A stretch of 63,950 nucleotides of DNA, filler included, from Welwitschia mirabilis (GCA_051453625.1; 4 parts of one record of this genome joined end to end with filler, not necessarily neighbours in it); one strand, 5' to 3'. Counted from the whole stretch's first letter, positions 38,184 to 52,869 are shown. Notes: generated from the sequence alone by a model not told the origin. Numbers and translations are program-made.

Positions 38184-38668
38184 ATCTTCCCCTTTGATAC
38201 TAATGGCAAAAAATTCCTTAGTTGTAAAATATTGAAATTGAGAAAACTTCCCCTCACAAAATGCCTATTAATATTTGTAAAAATCTTAAATCTTTTATAA
38301 GAATATAGATATTTTAAAAAGACCTTAATTTTTACCATAATTTAAAGATAATTTTAAGTGCCAAAAATATATATGATTAACAAATTTTTAATTATGAGTA
38401 ATTGATTAATCATACAATATATCAAAAAGTTTAATTCATATGGAAATTAGGTTTGCACTAAAAAATTTGAAAAACAAATTTTAGAGTATAAAAACAAGTA
38501 TAAAGTCTATTACTAAACTATTATTATTACAATACAAATTGCTCATCAAGAGCAAATACATCTAAAAACATATAAGTAACACAACTAATTCTCCCTCTTT
38601 TAACATCAATGAAAAAGAGAAAAGTACATATAAGTAAGAAGGAAAAACATAAGAATGAAAGAAAAGAT

Positions 38669-39684
38669 CTAATCAAATTTCTCTTCTTTAGACTCTTCTT
38701 TTTCTTCCTCTTTTTCAGCTGTTATTCATGCTAACCTACTAGTTTCCATTGAAATATCAGTAATATCATACCTAGTTGCAATGAAAGCTTCCTTCATATG
38801 CCTAGTACAAGAGTCAATCCAACTCAGCTTTGAAAGAGTCTTTTATAGAGAGGCTTCCTAAGGAGAAGGAGATTTAAAGGACTTCTTTAATTTAGTAAAG
38901 AGATAATGTCACATACCCAATGGGTGACATGAGTTAAAGGTTTCAAGCTTTGGATGAAAAGTCACATAATAATGATGGCACATATTAGTAATTAATATAG
39001 AGTAGGGTAAAGTCCTAGTTCTATAGTAATCCAACTGAGAAACCATATTTTTTAATATAATGGCAGGGGCATAAATAGAGTACCTAGTCCCTACCAAGTA
39101 CATCAAATAGGCCCTATAGTTAGAGGCCTCATCACAATAACTCACTAAAGGTAACAAGTTATAGGTAAAAATTAAGTGAAGAAAATAGTATTTAGAAGTA
39201 AGCAAACAAGTAGAAATGGTATGCTTCTAGCTATGAAACTTACCATAAAGATCACTTATAAACATTACTTTATCTTCTATAAAGTTATAAAGAGGATAAG
39301 ACTTCTTATAGTCCCCTCTTGGAAGATTACTAATCACTACAATAAAGTTAACAATAAATTTTATCTTCTTCCCCAAAACTAGGATTTTAAGGATTCTAGA
39401 GTCAGAATAAAAAAAAGCATTACAATAGAAAATTCTAGTAAGGAAAGAATAAGATAAACCTAAAACATTAAGAAAATAATATAGATCCTAATCTTGCAAG
39501 AGTTGGATCATATCTCTGAGCTTTTTAAGCTTTAAAATTTAATAGATTTTTCTTGGTACATAGGTTTCTTCTCAAACTTCTCAGAGAATATTTCTAGATC
39601 ATCTTTAGACATTCCCTAGTAGAAATAAAATGGATCTCTAGCTGCAACTTCCTTGGTTCTTCTCCTAGAGGGTCCCTCGGCCAT
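38669..39684 (-). pseudogene. Env-like/additional ORF of B2
   Basis: Start MAEGPSRRRTKEVAARDPFYF; ORF 38909..39205 contains YFLHLIFTYNLLP...LPYSILITNM. Confidence 0.75.
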
Positions 39685-40039
39685 TGCAATCACTTAACAA
39701 GAGCTTGAAGATAAGAAAAATCCAAAAAACATTATTAGATTTAAAGAGATAGAAGGCTAAAAAGTAATGAAAAGGATTTGAGCTCCACTTGCTTTTATTA
39801 AAAACATCAATTAGGGTGATTTTAAAAAAGAAATTGGTTTCACCTATGATACTTCTACATTATAACCCTACAGGTCCTATCAACTAGTTTGAGGTCTAGT
39901 TAATTCATCAAGATGCAGTTCTACAGTATAAGTACGGTCTAGGAAATTAGACTTTTAGGCAAATTGACTAATCAGATCTAGTTAATTAAATCATAGATCT
40001 AGTTAATCACCCTATAGCAAAACTCTATATGAGCATTAT

Positions 40040-42050
40040 GAGGAAAATAACGTAGGAAAATTGATGATCTACCATATAAAAATTGTCTATTATATTTGAT
40101 CTAAGGATAACATCATTTGATTTTCTATGTAAAATTTCATATTTAGACTTATTAAAGACTACTTTGTAACCTTTGTTACATATTTAACTAATACTCAATA
40201 AATTATTCTTTGAACTATTACCATAGATAACTTTATTAATTCTAGGTAAGTTACCTCCTCTGATTCTTCTAATACCTTCTACTTTTGCTCTTCTATTATC
40301 ATAAAAGATAACTTATCCTCTATCAAAGTTACTTAAATGTTTAAATTTAGATTTATCTCTCATCATGTGTCTTGAGCATTCACTGTCCAAGCACTAGCTA
40401 CTTCCATCTGAGACTTTGAAAGCTATTTAAGTTAAAAAAAATTTTAAATCATTATCTCTCTTTACTTAGTTTTTTCAGACTTATGTGATATATATTATTT
40501 TGGAATAAATTTAAATGAAAGAGAGCTAATTGAATTTGAAAATAACATTAGCTTTCTAGTAGTGCAAAGAAAGTTTTGAATGCCTTGTATTATGGTAAAA
40601 ATAACAGGTAGCTTCAGAAACAAACTTACTTGCCAAGTTACATATTTTTTCTAACTTTGAAGATTTTGGGGGATAAAGCCAATACCTGATTTATCACCAA
40701 TAGGTTTTTGAACTCTAAGCATCTATTCTGATTTGGAAAAATCACTAGAAAATTTATTAACCGAAAAAGATAAATCTTTTACTTGTAAAGTGAGATCCAA
40801 ATTTTTAGATTTGATCTTTCTGTACTCTGATTCCATTTTCTTCTTTTTCTTGATGAGACTTTATAATCTTATTTAGATCATTTATCTTCTTAGATAACTT
40901 TTTAAATTCTTTGTATAGTTCTTGATAAGTATCTTTTAGTTCATCTTGTTCTCCATCAATCATGTCCAAATCATTAGGCTTCAATGTGCTAGATAAGTTT
41001 TAAAGTGAAGGTACAATTACCATTAAGCATAGTCTTTTGTCTCTATCAGATTCTTGACCTAAACTACTATCATCATCCTCATCTGCATTATTCCATATTG
41101 TAATAAATAAAGAAGTCTTTAATTTTGTGTGATCTTTTTTGGTGTTGGAGCACTTGTTGACCATATGTTTAAAGCCTTTGCAAGAGTAGCATTGGATCTC
41201 TTTTTCTTTGTCTTACTCCTTTTTGTATTTTAGGTGTTTTATTTTTTTACTTCTACTTTGCTCACTTTTCATTTTCCTTCTATGCAAGAATTTCTTAAAC
41301 CTTCTTACTAGGATAGAAATTTCATCATCATCTAGTTCTTCATCTTCTCAGACCTATATTCTTTCTACACATACTTAAAAGAAATACCTTTCTTCTTATC
41401 TTTAGAAAATTTTAATTTATATTGTTTCAAATTACCTTTAAGCTCTTCTAGTACCATAATGTTGATATTATTGCTTTCCTTGATTATTATAACTTTCAGT
41501 TCAAATCTGTTTAAAAGGAATCTTAGCACTTTTTTGACCACTTTTGCTTCATCCAAATGTTTATCTAGACTTGTCATCGAGTTAACTATGTTGATAAGCC
41601 TAGTAAAGAACTCCTGTAAAGTCTTATTCTTGTCCATATAAATGTCTTAAAGTTTTGAGATGACATTTGGAGCTTAGTTTGCATGACTATGGATATTCCT
41701 TCATAAACAACTTCAAGAATATCCCATGCTTTCTTTACATGTTCACAATTTACAATGTGTTTAAATTCATCTGTACAAATTGCATAAAATATAGCATTAA
41801 GAGTTTGAACATCTATGGTGGCTTTGGGTCTATTAGTGGTAGTACATTAATCTTGAGTTTTGAAACTAAAATGGTATTACTATTTGCATTGCTTTTTGCT
41901 AAAGAAGATATAGTATAACTTTTGTAAATAATCTATTTAATATTCACATATAGGGATTTAAGGATTATTCTCATTTGAGCTTTTCAATAAGCACAATTTA
42001 ATTCATTGAATAAAAGTAAATGACCTGAAAAAAATCCATTAGAGGGGTTA
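40040..42050 (-). pseudogene. gag: Sirevirus gag and protease remnant of B2
   Basis: ORF 41365..41637 (UBN2-like gag), zinc knuckle CYSCKGFKHMVNKC at ~41150-41195, PR LDSECSRHM at ~40360-40390. Confidence 0.85.
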
Positions 42051-42107
42051 CTCATTTTTAGGTTTTAAAGTCTAGATTAATTAAAATCTTAATATGGATT
42101 TAATTTA

Positions 42108-42119
42108 GCTCTAATACCA
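42108..42119 (-). promoter_or_regulatory. Primer-binding site, tRNA-Met(i), one mismatch
   Basis: Plus-strand GCTCTAATACCA reads TGGTATTAGAGC on the minus strand. Confidence 0.85.
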
Positions 42120-42121
42120 AA

Positions 42122-43483
42122 TATAGGATTGGGAATCCTTAAGGAGGGAAAGAAGTTAATAGGTTTTTAAAAATTATTCAAATAAATTCATAACATAAAC
42201 TTGATTGAAATGAATTACTAAAAACTTTGCACATAAAAATTGAAAGTATTTTGGAAAAAAAAAAACAACAAAAAGCTCAAAAATATTGATCATATGCATG
42301 CAAGTTTTATAGTAGTTTAGGATAACCTCCTACTCCACTCTTGACAATCAACTTATAATCAAGTGTGATCCATATCTCTGTTAAACTCTTCTAGGTATTA
42401 TAGGTTTACTTGTAATCTCAACCTTTTTATACAAACTTTTTCTGAAGGCTTAGTTTAGCCTTTTCAAGAAAACATCATAGTGATGATAGAATACCTAAGT
42501 TAATTAGTATTACTCATTATTTAGCTCAATGAGATTAATGGAGCACTTCTATTGAAGATGATACAATCTATAAATAATGGAGTTCTATAGATCTAATCTT
42601 ATATGAAAAGATACAATAGATGTTAACTTGTCTTTGGTCAAAAATGCAATGCCAAAAGAGTACAATAACCAATCATCAAGATTCAATAGTTTAACCAAAG
42701 GTTAAAAAAATTCTATAGTGATTTCAATCTTCCCTATTTATAATGGAAGGATCTTAGGATTATTACAATTTAAAACATGCTTTTAACATCGATAAAATAG
42801 CTACATAACAACTATAAAATTTGTGTTTCCATCTCAGCCAGTTAACCCCTCAAACATTAGGTCAATCCATCCTAGTTCTATTACTTAAATAGATTGCATA
42901 ATTGAAATCTTTGATCATCCTAGTTTTTTGTAACTTCATACCACTCATCTTATCACTTGCATATCCATTTGGTGGCCTGCTTGGTCCTAGTAAAATCCAT
43001 CATATTTTTTTGCTCCAGATCTAGTCAATCCCTCAGGAATCTGGTCAACCCCTTGCTAATCGTATAAAAATTATTAATGCTCAGTTTTCAGGTTTAGTCA
43101 ATCCCTCAGGTGTTTTATCAGACCCTTGATAATCATTTCAAAAGTATTAGGTGCATAGTGCTCAAGTTCGGTAGAACCCTTAACGATCAATTCAAGAGTA
43201 CTATTCTCAGTTTCATAGGTCCAGTTAATCCCTTAGAATTTTAATCAATACCTTTAAATTTACTTTAATTTTGGGACTTTACTCTAGGTGTAGTCAACCC
43301 CTTTAAAGTCTAGTCAACCCCTTAAGAGGATAACAAAGCTAAATAGGTTTTAGGATTAAATTGTGATATTCATAGCTTTAGCTTTTGACCTACAAGTGAT
43401 CAATATTTTTTGCACAACATATAATAAATTTGACTAAATAGAAAGCATTAGTTTAACATCCATTAGCAATTTATAATCCAATA
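42122..43483 (-). repeat. 5' LTR of B2
   Basis: Colinear with 36231-38183; termini decayed to TA...TA. Confidence 0.9.
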
Positions 43484-43860
43484 AGATGATGATTGTGTGG
43501 CCTTGAATCATAGCTACTATCATGTCAACAAGCTGGTCATGAGCAGTAGGATGTAACTCTATATGCATTATGTCATAAAATGCCTTAGTCTTTGAAATGT
43601 AATACGCTCCCTATGCATCTAATATGCACTGGAGCTATAAATCTATTAACCTTAGATCCACCTGTAGCTCTACGTGGATTATGAAATCATCAAAGTGCCT
43701 CTTAACATGAATGACCATGGTTTAAATAGTGAGGAATCTAGCATGTCAAGTGGAGGGTGGACTCCCTTTATTTTCTCAATCTTTGGTGATGTTAAAGGGT
43801 CAGCCTCTTACTCAATAGCCTCATCCTCTACCTTGACCTATTTATCTCTACATATGCATG
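43484..43860 (-). pseudogene. N-terminal half of the B3 env-like ORF
   Basis: GQGRG start and LQCILDA*GAYYISKTKAFYDIMH, homologous to A1 LKWILDVHRAYYIS*TREFYDIMY. Confidence 0.6.
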
Positions 43861-46049
43861 GCCTACTTAATCACAAATATAAGATCTGTCATGCAGAATT
43901 CAAGTGGAATTATTTAAAATTTATCATGTGGAAGCTCAAAATGATCTCATAAATTAGTTTTTAATGTGTTAAAAATTATAAAATATGTCTTGCTCCTTCT
44001 TAATAATGTTAATACATCTTGCATTACTTAATTGTGCTAAGAAAAATGGAAAACATGTAAAAGTTGAAAAGTGTAATTCAGGTGGCCCTCACATAAGGTG
44101 AAAAATGAAAAATGTAATTCATAAAAACATAGAGTGTATAATACTGATTAATTTTCTCTAAAGGACCACCACATTTTAACTTGAAATTTTTAAGAAAATG
44201 AGCTTTAAAGTTAAAAAGCTGATTCTACCTCGTAAAGCATACAAGGCATCATAATTTACAAAATACACAGTGAAAATTAGATCTACAAGTTCCAAATTAA
44301 AGAGCATAAAAAATTAGACAATATACATGAAAAATACATGTTAAGAGGCTCAAAAATAAGAGAAAAAATTTTAAAAAATGAGGGAGATAAAAAAATATCT
44401 CATTTTATAAAATTTACTAAAATCTAAAAATCAAGGGCATGAATTTAATTGGGACAAGTTCTAAAATGTTGGAAGGAACTAGGAATACTATCATCTCTCA
44501 AGAGAATGGGAAAAAACAATAGAGAATAAAATAAAAATGGAGGAAAAGAAGTTAAGCTATGGTTTTATCACACTGTCATCCGATCGTATCATCTAGTTAA
44601 TAGACTTAGGATAATTGTTAGAAAAATCCTAGTATCATCCTTTAGTGTTGTTTAGATGACTAAGTGGATTATAGGACTTTAAAAAATTTTAGAAAAGTTG
44701 GGATATTAGATAAAAAATTTAGACTTAAATATAAGTATGAAGTTATTAGAATGTATTAAAAAGCTCAAAAAATTGGGAATGATGAAGAGCCATGATGAAT
44801 AAAGATGAAGAAGAAAACATAGAAGAACTAAAATATAAGTCAATGAAAAATGCACTAATTTGGATGAAAGTTATCAATAAGAACTAAACAAACATGCATA
44901 AATTAAAACATAATCCTAGAAAATATGTAGAAATTTAATAGAATCAATAAATTCATAATAATTATGAAGAATAAGATATTATTATCTATTAAAAATGCTA
45001 AAAGGAAATCAATTTATTATTAATAGAAAAGACATAAATAATAACAAGGAAACTAATAAATGATAAAATCCTAAATAATGATGAAAATCCATGAAAATTA
45101 ATTTAAAATAATAAACAAAATAAACAAAAGAAAAGAAAAATAAAAATGAAAAAAAGGAATATGAAGAAGATGTCTTACCTATCCTAAGTTCTAATCTAGT
45201 AAAACCCCTTAGAAGACATTATAAAGCCCCCTAAGTAAAGATACATGACAAAACATATTATCTCTAAAAAGTTCCATTTAAAAAGGTAGTGATTATGGCA
45301 ACATCAAAAATAAAATGCTCAAAACAATAAATGATAAGATCAAAAGCTACTTAGAAATAAACTCACTTGCTCATACCTAAACACACTAAAATCATCAAAA
45401 GTGAAATGATAATAGGGAAATATTAAGATTCTAGGAAATAAGAAATGCCTTTGATGACACCAAGAACATCATTGATCTCACAACATCAAAGCTTTATTAC
45501 TACTTTCTATAATGAGGGGAGTGTAGCCATAATCAAAGAAGTAAGAATCCATGAAGCATGGCCAACTAACCCCTAGTGGAGTTATCACAGGTAGTAATAC
45601 TACCAAAGGTTTCTTTCAAAAAAATTTACCCTAGTATAGTAGGATGTCATGGTGATTATGTATTTTAGCATAGATACAATAGATCATGATTATTATCTTT
45701 TTTTTCACACAAATAATTCCCATGTAATCACATACTCAAAAATAAAGGTAAATAAATGAGATAAAAGATAAAAAAGAACACATTTAGATAATCAAATACC
45801 TCATACCATTGAAAAAAATAATAATAAATAAGGCATCTTCTTTCAAAGTAAATTTTGTTGATATGCGAATGCCTTAAGATTGGATGAATCCAATCTTATC
45901 ACTATAAAAATGCCCAACTATAAATACTAGTCATGGAAACTTTATAAACTAAACATAGAAATCAAGTTTTAAACATGATAAAGTGATATCATAACATCCA
46001 TTAAAGGAATAAGATAAGACAAAATTTAGATAATGGTACAGTGGGAGTT

Positions 46050-49000
46050 CTCCCTATTGAAGGGAACCTCTAAAACAATTGCTTCTATTACATTCAAGAT
46101 TGCATCAAAAGGTCTTTCATATATGTTTAACCTTTGTTTATTAATGTTTTAAATCTCCTTGGTATCTCAGTTGGAAATCTTAATAGAGCCATTAGAATAT
46201 ACTTTCTATATAAGATAAAGACCTAATCATATATAGGTTAACTTGTTATATAAAATAAGTACTCTAGTGTTATATAAAAAACAAGTTAACCAAGTTCAAA
46301 TTTTTATGAAGCAATTTTCTATCATTTTTAAGCTTAACTTGGTATTTATGAATGAGTTGATAATGTATAGCATATGTATTTTTTTCATCTAGGTGATCAT
46401 GTTGGGCTAATATATTGTTAAGATTCTTATGAAGATCTACAAGATTAAGTTGATGAGAAGAATAATAAGAGTTATAACACACATCAATAGGTAAAACAAA
46501 AAGTTTTTTATATACAAGCTCATAAGATTAAAAACTAAGAGAATTACATCAAATAGTATGATAATCCCAAAGAAAATTATAAGCTTAGGATTAAGATTTA
46601 TTATTAATAGAAACAAGTTTTTGTATCATTTTCTTTATCTCTCTATTTGCATTTTTAGCTTAACCATTAGTTTATGCATGATAAGCACAAGCTACCCTAT
46701 GTTTAATTCTAATGGATAAAGGAAGTTTCCTAAAATGTTAATTAATAAAATGAGTTTCTTAATTACTAATTACAATCCTAAGAAAACTAAAACATTAAAA
46801 AATATCAATTCTAAGAAAGGTATAAACAGTTTAGACATCATTCATAGAAGTAAGAATAGCTTCAACCCATTTAGTAACATAATCAACAGTTACTAAGATG
46901 TAGTTCTTATCATTAGAAGGTGGCTTAATAAGGCCTATAAAAGTAATTCTCCAAAAATAAAAAGGTTCACATTCAAAAATAGATTTAAGAGGCATCTCTT
47001 AACAAAGAATTAGGCTACTAGAACATTGACAAGTATCACACCTTTTAGTAAAATCAAAAGAGTCCTGAAAAAAACTAGGCTAATAAAAACTAGAGTGTGG
47101 ATCTTTATAGTTATTTTTAATTTGATAAAATAATCTCCACAAATACCACCATAACGAAGATGAAGGATCCTCATTTTTCTCAATCAAGCACACATTTTCT
47201 CATGATTTACTCTTTACAGCTGTTCTATGGAGAAAGGATTTTCTTTGATTATGAGTCTAATTTTATGGTGTTTTCATAGTAATAGGATAATTAACTATGT
47301 TGGGATATTAAGGCAGAGTATGAGTATAAGATATGATAAAATGTTATTCATTCAAAAAAGAATTATTAATCATAAGACCATCAAGAGAAGAAGAAAGATG
47401 TAACAAATGATCTGCTATACTAATATTCTTTCTCGCTTTATTAATGATGGTTAAATTAAATTCTTACATGAGGAAGATTCATCTAGTGAGTATAGCACTA
47501 GAATATTTCTTGTTCACGAGGTATTTAGTAGCTGCATGATTAGTATAAACATTTATATGAAAGCCTAAAAGATAGTGTCTAAGCACATCAAGAAAAAAGA
47601 TTATTACTAACATTTCTTTCTCAGTAGTACTATAATTTATTTGATCTTTAGATAAAGTTTTACTATGATAAGATATAACTTTAAAATCATTTTTATATTT
47701 TTATTGAAGAACCCCATCCATGATAATATTTATAGCATCACATATTAATTCAAAATCTTTATTCCAATCAGGTCCTATTATAATAGGTATAGATGAGATT
47801 TTATTTTTAAGGGTATCAAAAGCAAGTTGATAAGATTCATTCCAATTAAATTTAGCTTCTTTTTCAAGTAACAAGTAAAGGAATTTATAAATTTTAGCAT
47901 AGTCTTGAATGAAACAATGATAAAAACCATAATAATCAAGCAAGGATCAAACTTATTTTACATTTATTAAAGGAGTTAGGTTTTCAATGATACTAACTTT
48001 TTTAGGGTTCATCCTAATTCTTTTATTAGAAATGTAGTGATCTAAAACACTTTTGTTATCAATTAAAAAAAAATCTTCTTCCAACTTAAATGTAGGAGGC
48101 TGTCAATACATCTATAAAGGACTTTTCTAACCTTTTTAATATTTGTTGAAATTATTTACCTTATATTGAAAAGTCAATAATAAAACCTTCAACTGAATCC
48201 TCTAACATATTAGAAAAGATACCCATCACTGCACATTAAAAAGTACTAAGATCATTGTAAAGTTCAAAAGACACACATCTAAAGGTAAAAGTATTAAATG
48301 GTAAAGTAAAAGTTGTTTTAGCCTAGTCCTCATTAGGAATTGTAACCACTATATCCATCAAGAAAGTAATAAAAGGAATTTCCTTAGATTCTATCAAGCA
48401 TCTACTCAAGAAAAGGTAAAATGTAATGGTCTCTTTTATTTACTTAATTTAATTTTCTAAAATTAATACACATTCTCCACTTCCCACCTTCCTTAAGTAC
48501 TACCATTAAAAGCTAACTCAATCACTATCAGATATGGCATAGGTAATTTTAGCATCCATTAATTTAATGATTTTATCTTTTATAACTTGTTTAAGTGCTA
48601 GATTTAACATACATTAGGGTTACTTAATAGGTTTTGCATTATCCTTAAGGTAAATTTTATATCCACCAAGGGAGGTATAAATGGCTATTAAATCTTTATG
48701 GGACCAAGAAAATTCATTAACCTTATATTTTAAAAGTGAGATTAAAATCGATTCTTATTAAGGGAAAATATTCTCATTTATTATTAGAAATTTATTCTAA
48801 TCATCANNNNNNNNNNNNNNNNNNNNNNNNNNNNNNNNNNNNNNNNNNNNNNNNNNNNNNNNNNNNNNNNNNNNNNNNNNNNNNNNNNNNNNNNNNNNNN
48901 NNNNNNTAATAGGTTTTGCATTATCCTTAAGGTAAATTTTATATCCACCAAGGAGGTATAAATGGCTATTAAATTTTTATGGGACCAAGAAAATTCATTA

Positions 49001-52000
49001 ACCTTATATTTTAAAAGTGAAATTAAAATCGATTCTTATTAAGGGAAAATATTCTCATTTATTATTAGAAATTTATTCTAATCATCACACAAAAAGATGC
49101 ATTTTAGTCTACTAGGTAAAGGTTTTAGATTTAAATTCAAATTTTCTTTTTTTGTTAACTTTTTCTCAANNNNNNNNNNNNNNNNNNNNNNNNNNNNNNN
49201 NNNNNNNNNNNNNNNNNNNNNNNNNNNNNNNNNNNNNNNNNNNNNNNNNNNNNNNNNNNNNNNNNNNNNNNNNNNNNNNNNNNNNNNNNNNNNNNNNNNN
49301 NNNNNNNNNNNNNNNNNNNNNNNNNNNNNNNNNNNNNNNNNNNNNNNNNNNNNNNNNNNNNNNNNNNNNNNNNNNNNNNNNNNNNNNNNNNNNNNNNNNN
49401 NNNNNNNNNNNNNNNNNNNNNNNNNNNNNNNNNNNNNNNNNNNNNNNNNNNNNNNNNNNNNNNNNNNNNNNNNNNNNNNNNNNNNNNNNNNNNNNNNNNN
49501 NNNNNNNNNNNNNNNNNNNNNNNNNNNNNNNNNNNNNNNNNNNNNNNNGGCATTATTGTTTATGGGCTAATCCACTCACTATCAAATATGGCATAAATAA
49601 TTCCAACATCCATTAATTAATGATTCCATTCTTTATAACTTGTTTAAGGGATGGATTTATTCTACATTAGGGTTGCTTAACAGGTTTTTTATTATGCTCA
49701 ACATAAATTTTATGTTGAATAATCAAAGTGGGAATGACTATTAAATCTTTTTAAGATCAAGCAATAAAACACATTAACGTTAGAATTTAAAAGTAAGATT
49801 AAAATTGATTCTTATTAAGGTAAAAGATTCTCATTTATTATCAAAAGGTTTATTCTGATTATTACATAGAAAGATATATTTCAATCCACTAGGTAAAGGT
49901 TTTAGATATAAATTTAGATTTTTATTTTTTACTACATTGTTTTCAAAGTTGACTATGATCCAAGACTTTCATCTGAATGATTGGAGTGGATGACCTCCTT
50001 CCAAATATAAAATCTTAGTTATTTTTAGATGTTAGACTTCTTTATAGATTATAGTTTTAGTTTTCCTAGTTTCTTAAACAAAATAAGTAGTACATAAATG
50101 CTCATAATTGTGTTGATCATCATTAAAAGCTTTCACATTTTCTTCTCCATATGAATTATTAAATAATATAAGCTCCTAAAGCTTTAACTATACTTATTCA
50201 AGTGGATAATGCTGTAAAAATAGAGTTGGTTTAATTTCTCCTTCAATATTCAACTCATTATCTAAATCCTTTTTAGCAGCAGCAAAAGTTATAATGGTGA
50301 ACTTCTTATTCTTTAAGTGAAATTTCTTCATTCTCGTTGTAATATCAATAATACAATGGGCTATTATACAAAAAACTCTACTTAAAAGTAGTGGATAACC
50401 TTCATTATGCTCAAGTTCAATCACAATTACACCTATAGGATAGAATGCTTTTTCAATTTAAATCATCAAATATTTGATTACTTCTAAAATGATTTCTTCA
50501 CCGATGTATCTTCTAATTTTAAAACAATCCTTATAGGATTAATTCTACTTTCTAAACCAAGTAATTAAAAAATTTGTAAAGGCATAATGTTAACACTCAC
50601 TCTTATATTAATTAAGGATTTTTTTATTCTTTTATTTTGTTTTAATATGATACTAACTATTGTTGCCCTTAGATCCTTAAATCTTAAATATTTTTATAAA
50701 ACTAAGTTGGTTATAGATTGGGCTAGAAATATTTTACTAGGTATAGTTTGTTTTCATTGCCTCCTAATTATATCTTTTTATAACTTAGAATATTTAAGAT
50801 TTTCTTATAAAATTTTTTAAAATGGTAAGTTTATGCTCATATTTTGCATTAAGGATTTAAGATACTCGTCAAAAATAGGATTAGTATTTAATCTATTAAG
50901 CTAACAGACAATAGGTCTCTTATTATTATCTGAGAAGAATTTTTCTTATTATCATTTAAAGGAGAAGGAAAAGTATGATTTTTTAAGAGTTTAATATCCT
51001 CTTATTATTTATCATTCTTATCATTTTGAGATGTTAAAGTCTCATGGGTAAGAGGTATTATATCATTTCCACTTCTTATCATAACCTCATAATTTTTTCT
51101 TACTTTATTAGGATTTCATAAAGATTTTATTACAAGTTATTCTTGTGGTCTTTGATTAGCAAGCATCATTTGTTGAAAAACATTAACTAGATTTTCAATG
51201 TTTAAATTTATATTTTCTTGAGATCTCTTAACTCATGAATGAAATTTATAAGTGAATCATTTTGATTTTATAAGTTTGATATACTTGCTTGATAATATGA
51301 GTTTCTTATTTGAAAATTTGAGTTATTTATCTAAAAGTTAGCATTCTTAAATATATTTCTAAATGGTTGAAAATTTAGATGATTTTCTTGAAAGTTCTTT
51401 AATTTATTCTCAAAGGATTGAAACTTTGGTTGTCCATTCATCCTAGGTTGAAATTGGTTTTGATTTTAACTTTGATTTTAATTTTATATTCTAAAGTTTG
51501 AAGACTTTTGGTTAAATGCACACATCTCTTCATAAACCTTTTCTTGTAAATAGGTAAAAAAAAGGATAATCATTTCTTATATGATAGTTATATTCACATA
51601 AATTACAAGTTGGAATCACTTGAGTTGGAATCTCTTTTTAGTTTTTACTTTTACATTTAAAATTAATTAAGTGTATTTTTTTAGTTTTATTATGAAATCG
51701 TTAATGATATTTGTTGGTTCTTTTTCTATTTTTACTTCCTTATTTTTCTTGTTTTACTTCTTTAATATCTTTTATAATTTGGCCTAGATTACGATTTTCT
51801 TTAATTGTTGGTTTAGACCAAGCTTGACTTACTTCTACATGTTCTTCTAATGATCTCTATGCATTTCTAAAATGAGATTCATCAAATTTCCTCCACATAA
51901 AAACCCTAAAGTTATTTGGTTTAGCTATTAAATTCACTATAGAAATAATCTGCTAATTCATCTTCAATGAATGCATCTATAGGATTAGAATGTATGGCAA

Positions 52001-52420
52001 TAAAAAGTTATTCATAAGTGGAGATATAATCTTCGTTAGGTTGTTGTTGGAAATTGATTACTTCTTTTTTCCATTTTCTTATAATTATTTCACTCATAAA
52101 TCTCTTTACAAATGCTTCTTAAACGTGATTCCATGTTTTTAAACTTTTATGTAGAATAGTTTTTAACCATAATTTTGCTTTTCCTTTTAAAGTAATAGGA
52201 AAAATAACCATATAAGTATAATTACTAATTCATTTTTTTACCATTTCCAAAAGTAAGCACTAACTATTCAATATCAAATATATGTTGGAGTGGATCTTTA
52301 TTTTTTTCTGCATTAAAATTAGAATAAGTATTTAAATTTCTTAATTATATCTCATCACTAGGAGTTAGGTTAAAAGAGTTTTATATTTTATGTTTCTTAT
52401 TTATAATTAGTTCCTTTAGA
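46050..52420 (-). pseudogene. pol: Athila gag-pol remnant of B3
   Basis: Retrotrans_gag, PR (YPLLLSRVF), RT, RH (PDWNKDFELICDA) and integrase motifs in gypsy order. Confidence 0.85.
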
Positions 52421-52769
52421 GTGACATTAACATTTGGGTTTATGGGGTAGTAGAGATTTTGATCATAATAGGAAAATTAGGAGAAAAACATGTTTCTATT
52501 TTTGCAACAAATTCAACATTATAATAAAATAAATTTAAATTCAACATTATAATAAAATGAATTTATTCTAAATTTTCTTTTGAAAAATTTCCTTTGGAAA
52601 ATAAGAGTCAAAAATAATAAATGCAAAAAATATTCTTGCTCAATTCTTAGAATATTTTACATACCTAAAGTATGTAGCTATGCTAATTTTATAGTTAATT
52701 AAATGTTCTTAGATATTTTATTTTATCAACAATGAATCTCTCTAGTATTTTGTATTTTTACTAGATTTT

Positions 52770-52869
52770 NNNNNNNNNNNNNNNNNNNNNNNNNNNNNNN
52801 NNNNNNNNNNNNNTTAATTAATTAANNNNNNNNNNNNNNNNNNNNNNNNNNNNNNNNNNNNNNNNNNNN
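52770..52869. other. Artificial scaffold linker N44-TTAATTAATTAA-N44
   Basis: 12-mer at 52814-52825. Confidence 0.95.

Larger units (their letters stand above)
36231..43483 (-). mobile_element. Complete non-autonomous Sirevirus B2: LTR, PBS, gag, PR, [no INT/RT/RH], env-like ORF, PPTs, LTR
   Basis: Homologous LTRs at 36231-38183 and 42122-43483. TSD GGATG (36226-36230) / AGATG (43484-43488). PBS and PPT present. The flanks rejoin as the Athila env-like ORF. Confidence 0.9.
33578..52769 (-). mobile_element. Athila element B3 (gag-PR-RT-RH-INT, spacer, env-like ORF, PPT, 3' LTR) carrying nested Sirevirus B2; 5' LTR lost at scaffold end
   Basis: gag FPITLKGKAKLWL (~52170-52205), PR ~50200-50750, RT ~47900-48620, RH ORF 47701..47943, INT ~46050-47300, LTR 33578-34828. 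May be chimeric across the gap at 49170-49548. Confidence 0.8.
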
